A stretch of DNA of 64,000 nt. Source: Candidatus Latescibacterota bacterium. Its GTDB lineage: Bacteria > Latescibacterota > UBA2968 > UBA8231. Position 1 is the stretch's first letter. Every line of letters starts with the position of its first letter. The position numbers were made by a program, and so were the translations under genes. Below the pieces are notes generated by a model that was given only the letters and a program-made list of their open reading frames with translations, did no database searches and was not told the origin of the DNA. This document shows, in pieces, positions 1 to 8,173 of the stretch. The stretch covers positions 3,520,001 to 3,584,000 of the forward strand of contig CBDETK010000013.1 of assembly GCA_965242865.1 (NCBI GenBank). Reading direction: 5' to 3'.

Positions 1-727
1 ACTCGTGAGCATCGGCTGGCAAAACTCAGGGGCCTGGACCCTGCTGCCCTTACCCGATCTCCCGCAGCTGCAGCGGTATTTTACGCTGGCCGAGGATTTG
101 GTCGCCGAGCACCAAGTCGGCGTCTTCGACTTGGCAAAGAGCGCGGAGATCCTCGCCGGCAAAGGCTACATGCACAACGGGGTCTTTTGGGAAAAGGACG
201 GGCAGCCTCTGCGCATGGTCATCGACATCTTCTCGCACTTTCAGGATCTGACGCCCGTGCTCATCGCCCAGCTCAAAAGGGCCGGCATCGACGCCTCCTT
301 TCGCATGACCTCGGACTTTTCTACCCGCCTGCGCCAAGGCACGGCGCGCGCGTACCTAATTGGCAACTTCAGCTCCATGCGCGACCCCTACTTTGTGCTG
401 CGCCAGTACCAAAGCCGCTTTGTCCAGCCCACCGGCGAACCGGCCGACATGCCTTGGCGCTGGCAAAACCCGGCGTACGACGCGCTGATCGACCAAATGG
501 GGCAGACGCCGGCCGACGACCCGGCGATGGACGCGCTCTACCGCCAAGCCATGGACCTCTGGCTCGCCGAACTGCCCTCCATCCCCCTCGTCCAATGGCC
601 GCACCGCATCCCGCACAACGAGACCTATTGGACCAACTGGCCCAGCGCGGCAAACCCCTATATCAACAGCGCGTACTGGAGCCGCACTTGGCTTTTGGTA
701 TTGCTAAACTTGCGGCCGCAGCGGTGA
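1..727 (+). CDS. ABC transporter substrate-binding protein, family 5 (peptide/nickel type), 5' truncated by the window edge
   Basis: C-terminal SBP_bac_5-like features: LKRAGIDA, W.NPAYDALID, LAELPSIPL, YWTNWP. The reading frame runs to the window start. Confidence 0.8.
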   Translation, partial: LVSIGWQNSGAWTLLPLPDLPQLQRYFTLAEDLVAEHQVGVFDLAKSAEILAGKGYMHNGVFWEKDGQPLRMVIDIFSHFQDLTPVLIAQLKRAGIDASFRMTSDFSTRLRQGTARAYLIGNFSSMRDPYFVLRQYQSRFVQPTGEPADMPWRWQNPAYDALIDQMGQTPADDPAMDALYRQAMDLWLAELPSIPLVQWPHRIPHNETYWTNWPSAANPYINSAYWSRTWLLVLLNLRPQR

Positions 728-1044
728 TGGACCGCCAAGCTAGGCGCACGCTCATTGCGGCGTGGTTGGTGGCTTCAGCCGGGCTGCTTTTCGCATTGGT
801 CGCGCCCTATCTCGTGCCGGAGCAAACGCTTTTTTCCGCCAGCGCGGTCTTTGCGGTGCCGCATGGCCGCGGGGAGACGTGCGCTTTGTGCGGCATGACG
901 CGGGCCTTCGCGGCCATTGCCCGGGGCGACTTTGCGGCGGCCCTTCTGTACAATCGAGGATCAGTCGCCTTTTACGGAGTTTTGCTCGCCAATTCGCTCG
1001 CGGTCGCCGCTTTCTTACTGCGGCGAATGCACAAAGGGAGGTAA
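727..1044 (+). CDS. DUF2752-like small membrane protein
   Basis: The ATG at 727 overlaps the upstream TGA. Motif C.LCGMTRAF.....GDF.AA..YN lies between hydrophobic helices. Confidence 0.75.
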   Translation: MDRQARRTLIAAWLVASAGLLFALVAPYLVPEQTLFSASAVFAVPHGRGETCALCGMTRAFAAIARGDFAAALLYNRGSVAFYGVLLANSLAVAAFLLRRMHKGR

Positions 1045-1048
1045 CATC

Positions 1049-1297
1049 ATGCAGGTGCTTAGTTTGCTGTGGGGCATTCTGGCTATTGTTGGAATGGTCG
1101 TGGGGTTTTTCCCGTGTCTCGGCTCGCTAAACTGGCTCAACATACCTTTTGCCGGCGTCGGCATCATCGTCAGCGGCATCGCGCTCGGCACGGCGGGCGA
1201 CCAATCCAAAAGCACGGCCGCGGCTGGGCTGGTATGCTGTGTTGTGGCCCTGTTTTTTGGCATCATACGCCTCGCGCTCGGCGGGGGCGTTCTCTAG
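1049..1297 (+). CDS. Small integral membrane protein (82 aa)
   Basis: GGGAGG RBS upstream of ATG 1049; three hydrophobic segments (MQVLSLLWGILAIVGMVVGFFPCLG...). Confidence 0.7.
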   Translation: MQVLSLLWGILAIVGMVVGFFPCLGSLNWLNIPFAGVGIIVSGIALGTAGDQSKSTAAAGLVCCVVALFFGIIRLALGGGVL

Positions 1298-1301
1298 CCC
1301 C

Positions 1302-2597
1302 TTACGAGAGCCGCCCCTCTTTTTGCAGAATGTCCCCGGCAATCGCGTAGGTCGTGCCGTGCATGGCAATGACGACGAGGCCGATTCCGGCCGCGAGATA
1401 GCCCCCGAGATACAAGTTGGGTACGTCAATCGATTCGTAGTTGTGAGCGTGGGTCTGCACTTGCTCAACTTGGAATCGGTAGTTGTCGCGCATGGGCGTT
1501 AGGGTCAGCGGCGCAAAGCCCTGCACGATTGAATAATCGGCCACGCCGCCGATTTCCTTGATCACGTGATCGACCTCCACCACTTGCTCGCCGGCGGGCG
1601 TTTTCAGCCCGACCCGGCCGTCCTCGGCAATTTGGGTCACCTGGGTGTGATACGAGGTTTTGAGCCGGGGCGAGCGGCTTTCGAGGATTTCGGCGATGCG
1701 CTGGTAATAAGGCAACCCGTGGCGGCTGTCGTTGATTAGCTGCCAATGGACCGCTGGCCCTTGGCGCATGGCGTAATGCACTTGCTTGCCGGCGTCGTGC
1801 AATTCGGTCGCGGCCCAATCGCCCGAGCGCCCGCCGCCCACCACGAGCACCCGCTCGCCGGGGAAGTCTTCGGGCTTGTCGTAGTGCGCGGTGACCAAAG
1901 GACAAGTCTCGCCCTCAACCCCTAGTGACCGCAGGCGACCGCGCTGGCCGGTTGCCAAGACCAAGTACTTACAGGTGTAGCGTTGCTCAACGCCCGTTTG
2001 CACGTGCCGACTGGTGAGCTGAAAGCCCCGTTCGTGCGGTTCAATCCGCTCAACTTCCTCAAAGGTGCGAATGCGCTCGGCCACCCCAAAGCGCTCGGGC
2101 ACTCGGTGGTAGTACTCGATCAGGTCGGTCTTGAGGATTAGGGCGTTGACGTCTAAGGCGCGCCCGGCTTCTGCGGCGTACTGGGCCAGCGGATAAAAGG
2201 CAAACTCCATCCACTGGCCCGGCGACAAGGTCAACAGGTTTTGCGGTGCTCGGTTCCACAATCCGCCGACCGGCTCGCGGCTGATGAGCAGGGCGTCCAA
2301 TGGCTCGCCGCGCCGAAAGTCCATGGCGACTTGGTCTAGTTCCTCAAAGAGCTGGCGCGGGTGGTGCAGCGCGCGAAATAGGTCAACCGGCTTGATGCCG
2401 CTCTGCACGAGCTGGCGCATATCCAGCCCCAACAGCGAGCGGTCGAACTGCTGCAAGTACCGGGCGAGCGGCGCGTAGCGCGTGGCAAACATGCGGCTGT
2501 TGCGGAAAAAAGGATGCCAGCCGCCCAAAACTACGGCGAGGGGTAGGCCCGCTGGCCCCCCGCCGACGATGATGACGGTGTGGTGTTCTGTGCTCAT
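1302..2597 (-). CDS. FAD/NAD(P)-dependent oxidoreductase (FMO-like, OSGIN-like N-terminus)
   Basis: GGGPAG FAD motif, GGLW, LVLATG and a second Rossmann motif VVGGGRSG. Confidence 0.8.
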   Translation of the reverse strand: MSTEHHTVIIVGGGPAGLPLAVVLGGWHPFFRNSRMFATRYAPLARYLQQFDRSLLGLDMRQLVQSGIKPVDLFRALHHPRQLFEELDQVAMDFRRGEPLDALLISREPVGGLWNRAPQNLLTLSPGQWMEFAFYPLAQYAAEAGRALDVNALILKTDLIEYYHRVPERFGVAERIRTFEEVERIEPHERGFQLTSRHVQTGVEQRYTCKYLVLATGQRGRLRSLGVEGETCPLVTAHYDKPEDFPGERVLVVGGGRSGDWAATELHDAGKQVHYAMRQGPAVHWQLINDSRHGLPYYQRIAEILESRSPRLKTSYHTQVTQIAEDGRVGLKTPAGEQVVEVDHVIKEIGGVADYSIVQGFAPLTLTPMRDNYRFQVEQVQTHAHNYESIDVPNLYLGGYLAAGIGLVVIAMHGTTYAIAGDILQKEGRLS

Positions 2598-2618
2598 CTC
2601 ATTTCAGTCGTTACAGTC

Positions 2619-2654
2619 GTTTCGATCTGCTTCCCTGCCGAAGCAAGGGGAGAC
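2619..2654 (-). repeat. Isolated degenerate CRISPR repeat beyond the trailer end of the array
   Basis: GTTTCGATCTGCTTCCCTGCCGAAGCAAGGGGAGAC differs from the consensus by 5 substitutions and 1 deletion; the last 14 nt are identical. Confidence 0.8.
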
Positions 2655-2674
2655 ATAATTGGCAGTATTGGTAA

Positions 2675-2792
2675 TATAGCAGTCCTAAGTAACTTGAAGG
2701 CATGAAATGTTGATTGGCACCGTCTTTTTTGCCTATGAGAAGTCATTCCCGCAACAGCGGGAATCCAGTTTTGAATGATATGGGATTGCTAT
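2675..2792. mobile_element. Possible MITE/REP-like element with an internal ATTCCC-N8-GGGAAT palindrome
   Basis: Imperfect terminal inverted repeats (TATAGCAGTCCTAA ... TATGGGATTGCTAT) and internal GTCATTCCCGCAACAGCGGGAATCCAG. Confidence 0.4.
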
Positions 2793-2934
2793 TATGAACC
2801 GGGGTTTCTTGTTGGTCAATTGTGCGTATTGTGCAGATGCGGCGGGCTTGCCTGCCCTGTGAGGCTCCCAATCGCTACGATTATCCCAAAAGCGACTACA
2901 CAATTTGCATAAAAATGCTCGGCGTACCCGCACT

Positions 2935-5849
2935 GTTTCAATCCGCTCCCCTCACCAAAGCAAGGGGAGACTCGTTGACTTTGGCCCGCGCCTCCGATTA
3001 TTTCACGTTTCAATCCGCTCCCCTCACCAAAGCAAGGGGAGACATCATGGAATTACTCGTGCTGGCTGCCCTGGTCATGTTTCAATCCGCTCCCCTCACC
3101 AAAGCAAGGGGAGACAGCCGCAGCTCTTTGGCCAGCTCGCCGGTCAAGCTGTTTCAATCCGCTCCCCTCACCAAAGCAAGGGGAGACCCCGAAGACGTGC
3201 GCGACGAGGCGGTCATCCGGGTGTTTCAATCCGCTCCCCTCACCAAAGCAAGGGGAGACGGGTTAGTGCAGGGGGAAGCGTCGCTGTACAGCGGCGTTTC
3301 AATCCGCTCCCCTCACCAAAGCAAGGGGAGACGGGCGCTGGACTCCCCATCATACTCGAGGTAGCACCAGTTTCAATCCGCTCCCCTCACCAAAGCAAGG
3401 GGAGACCACGGGCATGACGACGGGCATGACGACGCCCATGAGTTTCAATCCGCTCCCCTCACCAAAGCAAGGGGAGACCCAAGTCGCTCGCCCGCACCGC
3501 CCGGCTAGAACGTAGTTTCAATCCGCTCCCCTCACCAAAGCAAGGGGAGACGCGAGCCCTTCTGCGGGATGGCTTCGATATTGCTCGTTTCAATCCGCTC
3601 CCCTCACCAAAGCAAGGGGAGACTTGGGGCTGGGGCGGACGTCAACGCGAAGGACAGAGTTTCAATCCGCTCCCCTCACCAAAGCAAGGGGAGACAAGGG
3701 ACAAGCGATACCGTGGTGCTGCATCTATTGTTTCAATCCGCTCCCCTCACCAAAGCAAGGGGAGACTCGCTCAGGTAGGCTACGATTACGTCCTTGCGCT
3801 TGTTTCAATCCGCTCCCCTCACCAAAGCAAGGGGAGACCGCGCCGTAACAGCACACCCACGTAGTTGATGGAGTTTCAATCCGCTCCCCTCACCAAAGCA
3901 AGGGGAGACGCGAGTTCGGCGGTGACCGCTGGCGATACAGTTTGTTTCAATCCGCTCCCCTCACCAAAGCAAGGGGAGACAACAAGGGGAACACGCGATT
4001 TCACGTGAGCGTAAAGTTTCAATCCGCTCCCCTCACCAAAGCAAGGGGAGACCGCCTCGCTGACGGATGGGCGTTACGTCATTTACGTTTCAATCCGCTC
4101 CCCTCACCAAAGCAAGGGGAGACCCGTCACGTCTCTCGTAGCGGCCGCGAACTGCAAGGTTTCAATCCGCTCCCCTCACCAAAGCAAGGGGAGACTGGGA
4201 ACCCTGTACCTTAGGGGGGCGGCGGCTTGGTTTCAATCCGCTCCCCTCACCAAAGCAAGGGGAGACGCCAATCTGATAGGCACAATCTACCAGGATGCCC
4301 TGTTTCAATCCGCTCCCCTCACCAAAGCAAGGGGAGACGCGTCGCGTCCGCGTAGAGGATCGCCGCGTCGGTGTTTCAATCCGCTCCCCTCACCAAAGCA
4401 AGGGGAGACTGCCGCACGCTGACCGAGGGCTTCATTGTCCTATGGGTTTCAATCCGCTCCCCTCACCAAAGCAAGGGGAGACGCGCCGCGCCCGCGAACA
4501 ACGACATGGCCCAGCGAAGTTTCAATCCGCTCCCCTCACCAAAGCAAGGGGAGACTTGCCAATTTATCCTTGCTTGGGTTGGCATGATAGGTTTCAATCC
4601 GCTCCCCTCACCAAAGCAAGGGGAGACCCGCTGTGTGTGTGTGCCGCGCTTGGCCGCGGCACAGTTTCAATCCGCTCCCCTCACCAAAGCAAGGGGAGAC
4701 CCCCGGCTTGGGGTGCGGCAGGGGGCGGCGGCAAGGTTTCAATCCGCTCCCCTCACCAAAGCAAGGGGAGACACCGCGGCTTCGAGCGGCTTGTGTTCCT
4801 CGCAATCGTTTCAATCCGCTCCCCTCACCAAAGCAAGGGGAGACATATCAGGCCTCCTTTTGGTTGGGTGGGTGGACTGTTTCAATCCGCTCCCCTCACC
4901 AAAGCAAGGGGAGACGGGCCGTCAAGCCCCGCAACAAGCACATGGGCTTTGTTTCAATCCGCTCCCCTCACCAAAGCAAGGGGAGACGGGGCGCGCGGGG
5001 CGTTCCCACTTGGCTGGATCTAGTTTCAATCCGCTCCCCTCACCAAAGCAAGGGGAGACCCGATCATGCCAACCCAAGCAAGGTTATTTGGCTATGTTTC
5101 AATCCGCTCCCCTCACCAAAGCAAGGGGAGACACCGCACCTGCAAGGCTACCCGCTCATTGTCGATGTTTCAATCCGCTCCCCTCACCAAAGCAAGGGGA
5201 GACAGCCCGAGGGGTAATTGGTCTTGCCGCATTAGCTTGTTTCAATCCGCTCCCCTCACCAAAGCAAGGGGAGACCAAGCGACCGCGCCCACGTCGGCAG
5301 CCGATACCGTGTTTCAATCCGCTCCCCTCACCAAAGCAAGGGGAGACAACCCGAATGCGGTCTTGTCGGCTTGTATTTTTCTGTTTCAATCCGCTCCCCT
5401 CACCAAAGCAAGGGGAGACCGGGCGTTGAAGCTGGGAGCACGGTATAAGAAGATGTTTCAATCCGCTCCCCTCACCAAAGCAAGGGGAGACAGAGTGGAT
5501 TGAAACTTTTTCTTTTTTCTTTGCGTGTTTCAATCCGCTCCCCTCACCAAAGCAAGGGGAGACATTTGCGGCTGGGCGGTGAGTGCGAGGTGATCGAGTT
5601 TCAATCCGCTCCCCTCACCAAAGCAAGGGGAGACAAGGTGGAACGTTGGGCCGGTCTCGCCCCCGGCCCGTTTCAATCCGCTCCCCTCACCAAAGCAAGG
5701 GGAGACGATGCGTTGGTCAAAACGACCACGAGCGCGAACACGTTTCAATCCGCTCCCCTCACCAAAGCAAGGGGAGACAGGTAGAGGATTTTCCCTACTC
5801 GCTCTCGCGCTTGTTTCAATCCGCTCCCCTCACCAAAGCAAGGGGAGAC
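2935..5849 (-). CRISPR. Type I-C CRISPR array, 41 repeats of 37 bp and 40 spacers of 34-37 bp
   Basis: Repeat on + is GTTTCAATCCGCTCCCCTCACCAAAGCAAGGGGAGAC at about 72-bp period, counted by hand. On the minus strand it ends GGATTGAAAC and forms the stem CTCCCCT/AGGGGAG. Confidence 0.99.
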
Positions 5850-6029
5850 TCCGGTTGCTGTAACCAGCGGAACAACAAAAGGTTACATAAGTGGATGCGC
5901 GAACCTCCTTTCTTCCGCATCCTACGGCCGAAGCGAGAGCATACTCCTCGCTGTAAATTATTGTTAGCCATAAAGTTGCTAACTGCGCGAAAGTAAGCGC
6001 AAAACGCCGTTGCTTCGCATTCGCGCATG
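5850..6029 (-). promoter_or_regulatory. CRISPR leader
   Basis: Non-coding, relatively AT-rich segment between the cas2 stop and the first repeat; contains GCGCGAA twice. Confidence 0.8.
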
Positions 6030-6320
6030 CTATAAGACCAGTGGCTCATTCAAGTCCACGGGTTCGTTAAGTCCGTGATGCTCCGTCTTGCCTCTGGCGT
6101 CTTCGTCCAGATAATAAAACCTGAGAGAATCCTGCTTGGGATCAATTCCCTTTAGCAGGCGACTCCTAAGCACCGCCCATTCCGTTTTTCCCACCTGACA
6201 TTCAAAAAGCGATTTCTGCACTCGGACGCCGTAATCCTTACAGGCTCTTGCCACTTGGCGTAGCCGTCGTTGGCCAGCTCGGTCGGTAGTAGAAACGTCG
6301 TACGCGATCAGGATAAACAT
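6030..6320 (-). CDS. cas2: CRISPR-associated endonuclease Cas2
   Basis: MFILIAYDVST...RRLRQVARACKDYGVRVQKSLFEC...DSLRFYYL. The start at 6320 overlaps the cas1 stop. Confidence 0.97.
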   Translation of the reverse strand: MFILIAYDVSTTDRAGQRRLRQVARACKDYGVRVQKSLFECQVGKTEWAVLRSRLLKGIDPKQDSLRFYYLDEDARGKTEHHGLNEPVDLNEPLVL

Positions 6321-7375
6321 TATTTTGGAATGAAGGGGATATAGTCCGGGACATCGCCGCGGAGCTTGCGGGCCAACAATTTGGCCTGAATACTGAATAC
6401 TTGCCCCAAGCGGACATTCTGCTTGAATAGGGCGTGTTTTACTTCTGTTTGCTTGCGCCGTTGCCAAGCTTGGATGACCTCTCGCCTGCCTTGGTCGGTA
6501 AATTCTACGGCCCCGCCCTCTCGCTCGCGAAAGTGCTTGGCCTCGATCTGCCGTCGATTGATCAGGGTCAATGCCAGCCGCTCTGCCAAACAGGGTCGAA
6601 ACTCTTCCATGAGGTCTAAGGCGCAAGCCGGCCTTCCCGCTCGCGTTACATGAAGCCAGCCGACATAAGCGTCCAACCCAGCGGTCGTTAGCGCGGCTAA
6701 GCAATCGTGGCGCACCAAGGCATAAATAAAGGAAAGCAGGCAGTTTATCCGATCCCGGGGCGGACGCCGCGTCCGGGTTAAAAACCTGAAGTCTTCTCGC
6801 TGTTGTTTGAGCATACATTGGAACACCGAGAAGTAGGTCTTGGCCCCTAGCCCCTCTAAGCCCCTGATTGGGTCGAGTGCTTCCCTAAGCCCGCAGTCTG
6901 GGGCAATAGGTGGGGCAGCGCCGAGTTGGCGGATTAGCCGGGCCAGTTCATGCGCTGCATCTGCCAAGGCCGTGCGGTCGGCATCGCCATCGGCTTCCCG
7001 TCCGGCTCGCAAGAGATTGGAGCGTGCGTTTTGCAATTTTCCAGCGACGAATTGCCGGGCAATGCGCGCGGCCTCTTGCGGGCTGTCTGCTGCGGCATAC
7101 TGCGCCCGGCGCAGCAAGTAGCGGGTATCTCCGCTTCCCAAGACTTGTGCCAGCAAGTAGCCGTTCTCCGTGTGGTAATGAACCGCCACTTGATGATCCC
7201 AGCACAAGGCCATGGCCGGGGGCGTAACCACGACCCGCCCAAACGCACAAATGCTTTCCAAATGGTGAATCGGCACGGTCAGGCGATTTTGCTTTTCAAT
7301 CTCGACTCGCAACGTCAAGTGGTCCCTGTGTACCACAGTACCCGGCGTCGTCAAATAAAGAGTGTTTTGTTTCAA
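6320..7375 (-). CDS. cas1: Type I-C Cas1 integrase (probable TTG start at 7375; alternative in-frame starts at 7393 and 7411)
   Basis: NTLYLTT, RGLEG..A..YF, RTRRPPRDRINCLLSFIY, ALDLMEEFRP..AERL. Confidence 0.97.
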   Translation of the reverse strand: MKQNTLYLTTPGTVVHRDHLTLRVEIEKQNRLTVPIHHLESICAFGRVVVTPPAMALCWDHQVAVHYHTENGYLLAQVLGSGDTRYLLRRAQYAAADSPQEAARIARQFVAGKLQNARSNLLRAGREADGDADRTALADAAHELARLIRQLGAAPPIAPDCGLREALDPIRGLEGLGAKTYFSVFQCMLKQQREDFRFLTRTRRPPRDRINCLLSFIYALVRHDCLAALTTAGLDAYVGWLHVTRAGRPACALDLMEEFRPCLAERLALTLINRRQIEAKHFREREGGAVEFTDQGRREVIQAWQRRKQTEVKHALFKQNVRLGQVFSIQAKLLARKLRGDVPDYIPFIPK

Positions 7376-7460
7376 TCCGTCTCCCTGTTTCAATCCGTTT
7401 CCCTCACCCAAGCAAGAGGAGACGCTGATTGCCGTAACCAGCGGAATGACAAAATCCTTA
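7369..7460 (-). repeat. Leader-like fragment, degenerate repeat (7387-7423) and 18-nt half repeat (7369-7386) overlapping the cas1 start
   Basis: 7387-7423 matches the consensus at 33/37. 7424-7460 shares TTGCyGTAACCAGCGGAA..ACAAAA with the real leader starting at 5850. Confidence 0.9.
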
Positions 7461-7480
7461 AATAGGAGATCCAGACGGGT

Positions 7481-8137
7481 CTAGTCGGTAGTATCGAACA
7501 CTGCCCGATAGGCCCGCGCCAGCGTGGGCGGAACACTGGTGATTTCGGGAAGGCAATGGTCGAAAAGCGAGCACTCGGAACATTGGGGTTTGTGAACAGC
7601 TTGTGGAACCGCGTCCTCCTCAATTATCCGGTGCATGGCTGCGATGGCCTGCTCGGTGAGGCGGCGCAAATCCTCGGTAAATTCCACCTCGCGGCGGCGC
7701 TTGCTCTTGGCGTGGAAGATGGCCCCGCGGGGAATGTCCCGTCCAAACATCTCTTCCAAACACAGGGCTTGCGCGCAAAGCTGGGCGTCGTCGTTGTCAA
7801 ACTTGCGGCGTTTGCCCTTTTTGAACTCGACCGGAACCAACGAACCATCGGGATGGCGTTCAACAATGTCGCACTTGCCGCTGAGCCGCAGCCGATCCGA
7901 CCAGACGGGCAGGGCGCGCAACAGCGTCACGCCCTTGACGGTTTCGTAGCCGGAAACGTCGGCCTGATCATGAAGTTGGCTCCCGACCACCGTATGCACG
8001 TTGTCGCTAAAGGTTCCCTCAACGTGAATTAAGGCCGCCCGGCGAGGGCAATAGAGATATTGATTGATAGAGGAGAGCGGGATGGTCCGCCCCCCACTAT
8101 CGAATGATTGAATCGGCAGGGTGCCCGTTTCATTCAT
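7481..8137 (-). CDS. cas4: CRISPR-associated exonuclease Cas4
   Basis: QYLYCPRR, G.CDIVE, PVEFKKG, QLCAQALCLEEM, C-terminal C..CSL...C Fe-S cysteines. Confidence 0.96.
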   Translation of the reverse strand: MNETGTLPIQSFDSGGRTIPLSSINQYLYCPRRAALIHVEGTFSDNVHTVVGSQLHDQADVSGYETVKGVTLLRALPVWSDRLRLSGKCDIVERHPDGSLVPVEFKKGKRRKFDNDDAQLCAQALCLEEMFGRDIPRGAIFHAKSKRRREVEFTEDLRRLTEQAIAAMHRIIEEDAVPQAVHKPQCSECSLFDHCLPEITSVPPTLARAYRAVFDTTD

Positions 8138-8173
8138 GTTTCAATCCGCCCCCGTACTCGGAGCCAAGGCGCC
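8138..8173 (-). repeat. Degenerate CRISPR repeat filling the whole cas7-cas4 intergenic gap
   Basis: GTTTCAATCCGCCCCCG matches the repeat at 15/17 nt. On the minus strand GGATTGAAAC abuts the cas4 ATG; the 36-bp gap is about one repeat length. Confidence 0.7.

Noticed and set aside
3407-3441. Spacer with an internal 12-nt tandem repeat (ACGGGCATGACG); another spacer has a TG run (4628-4663)
   Set aside because: Probably reflects low-complexity protospacers; no further structure seen.
2822-5996. Many ORFs with repeating FQSAPLTKARGD, VSIRSPHQSKGR or FNPLPSPKQGET peptides
   Set aside because: They are translations of the CRISPR repeats, not proteins.
6321-6818. 262-aa extended Cas2 in the ORF track
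   Set aside because: The extension overlaps cas1 in another frame; Cas2 similarity starts at ATG 6320.
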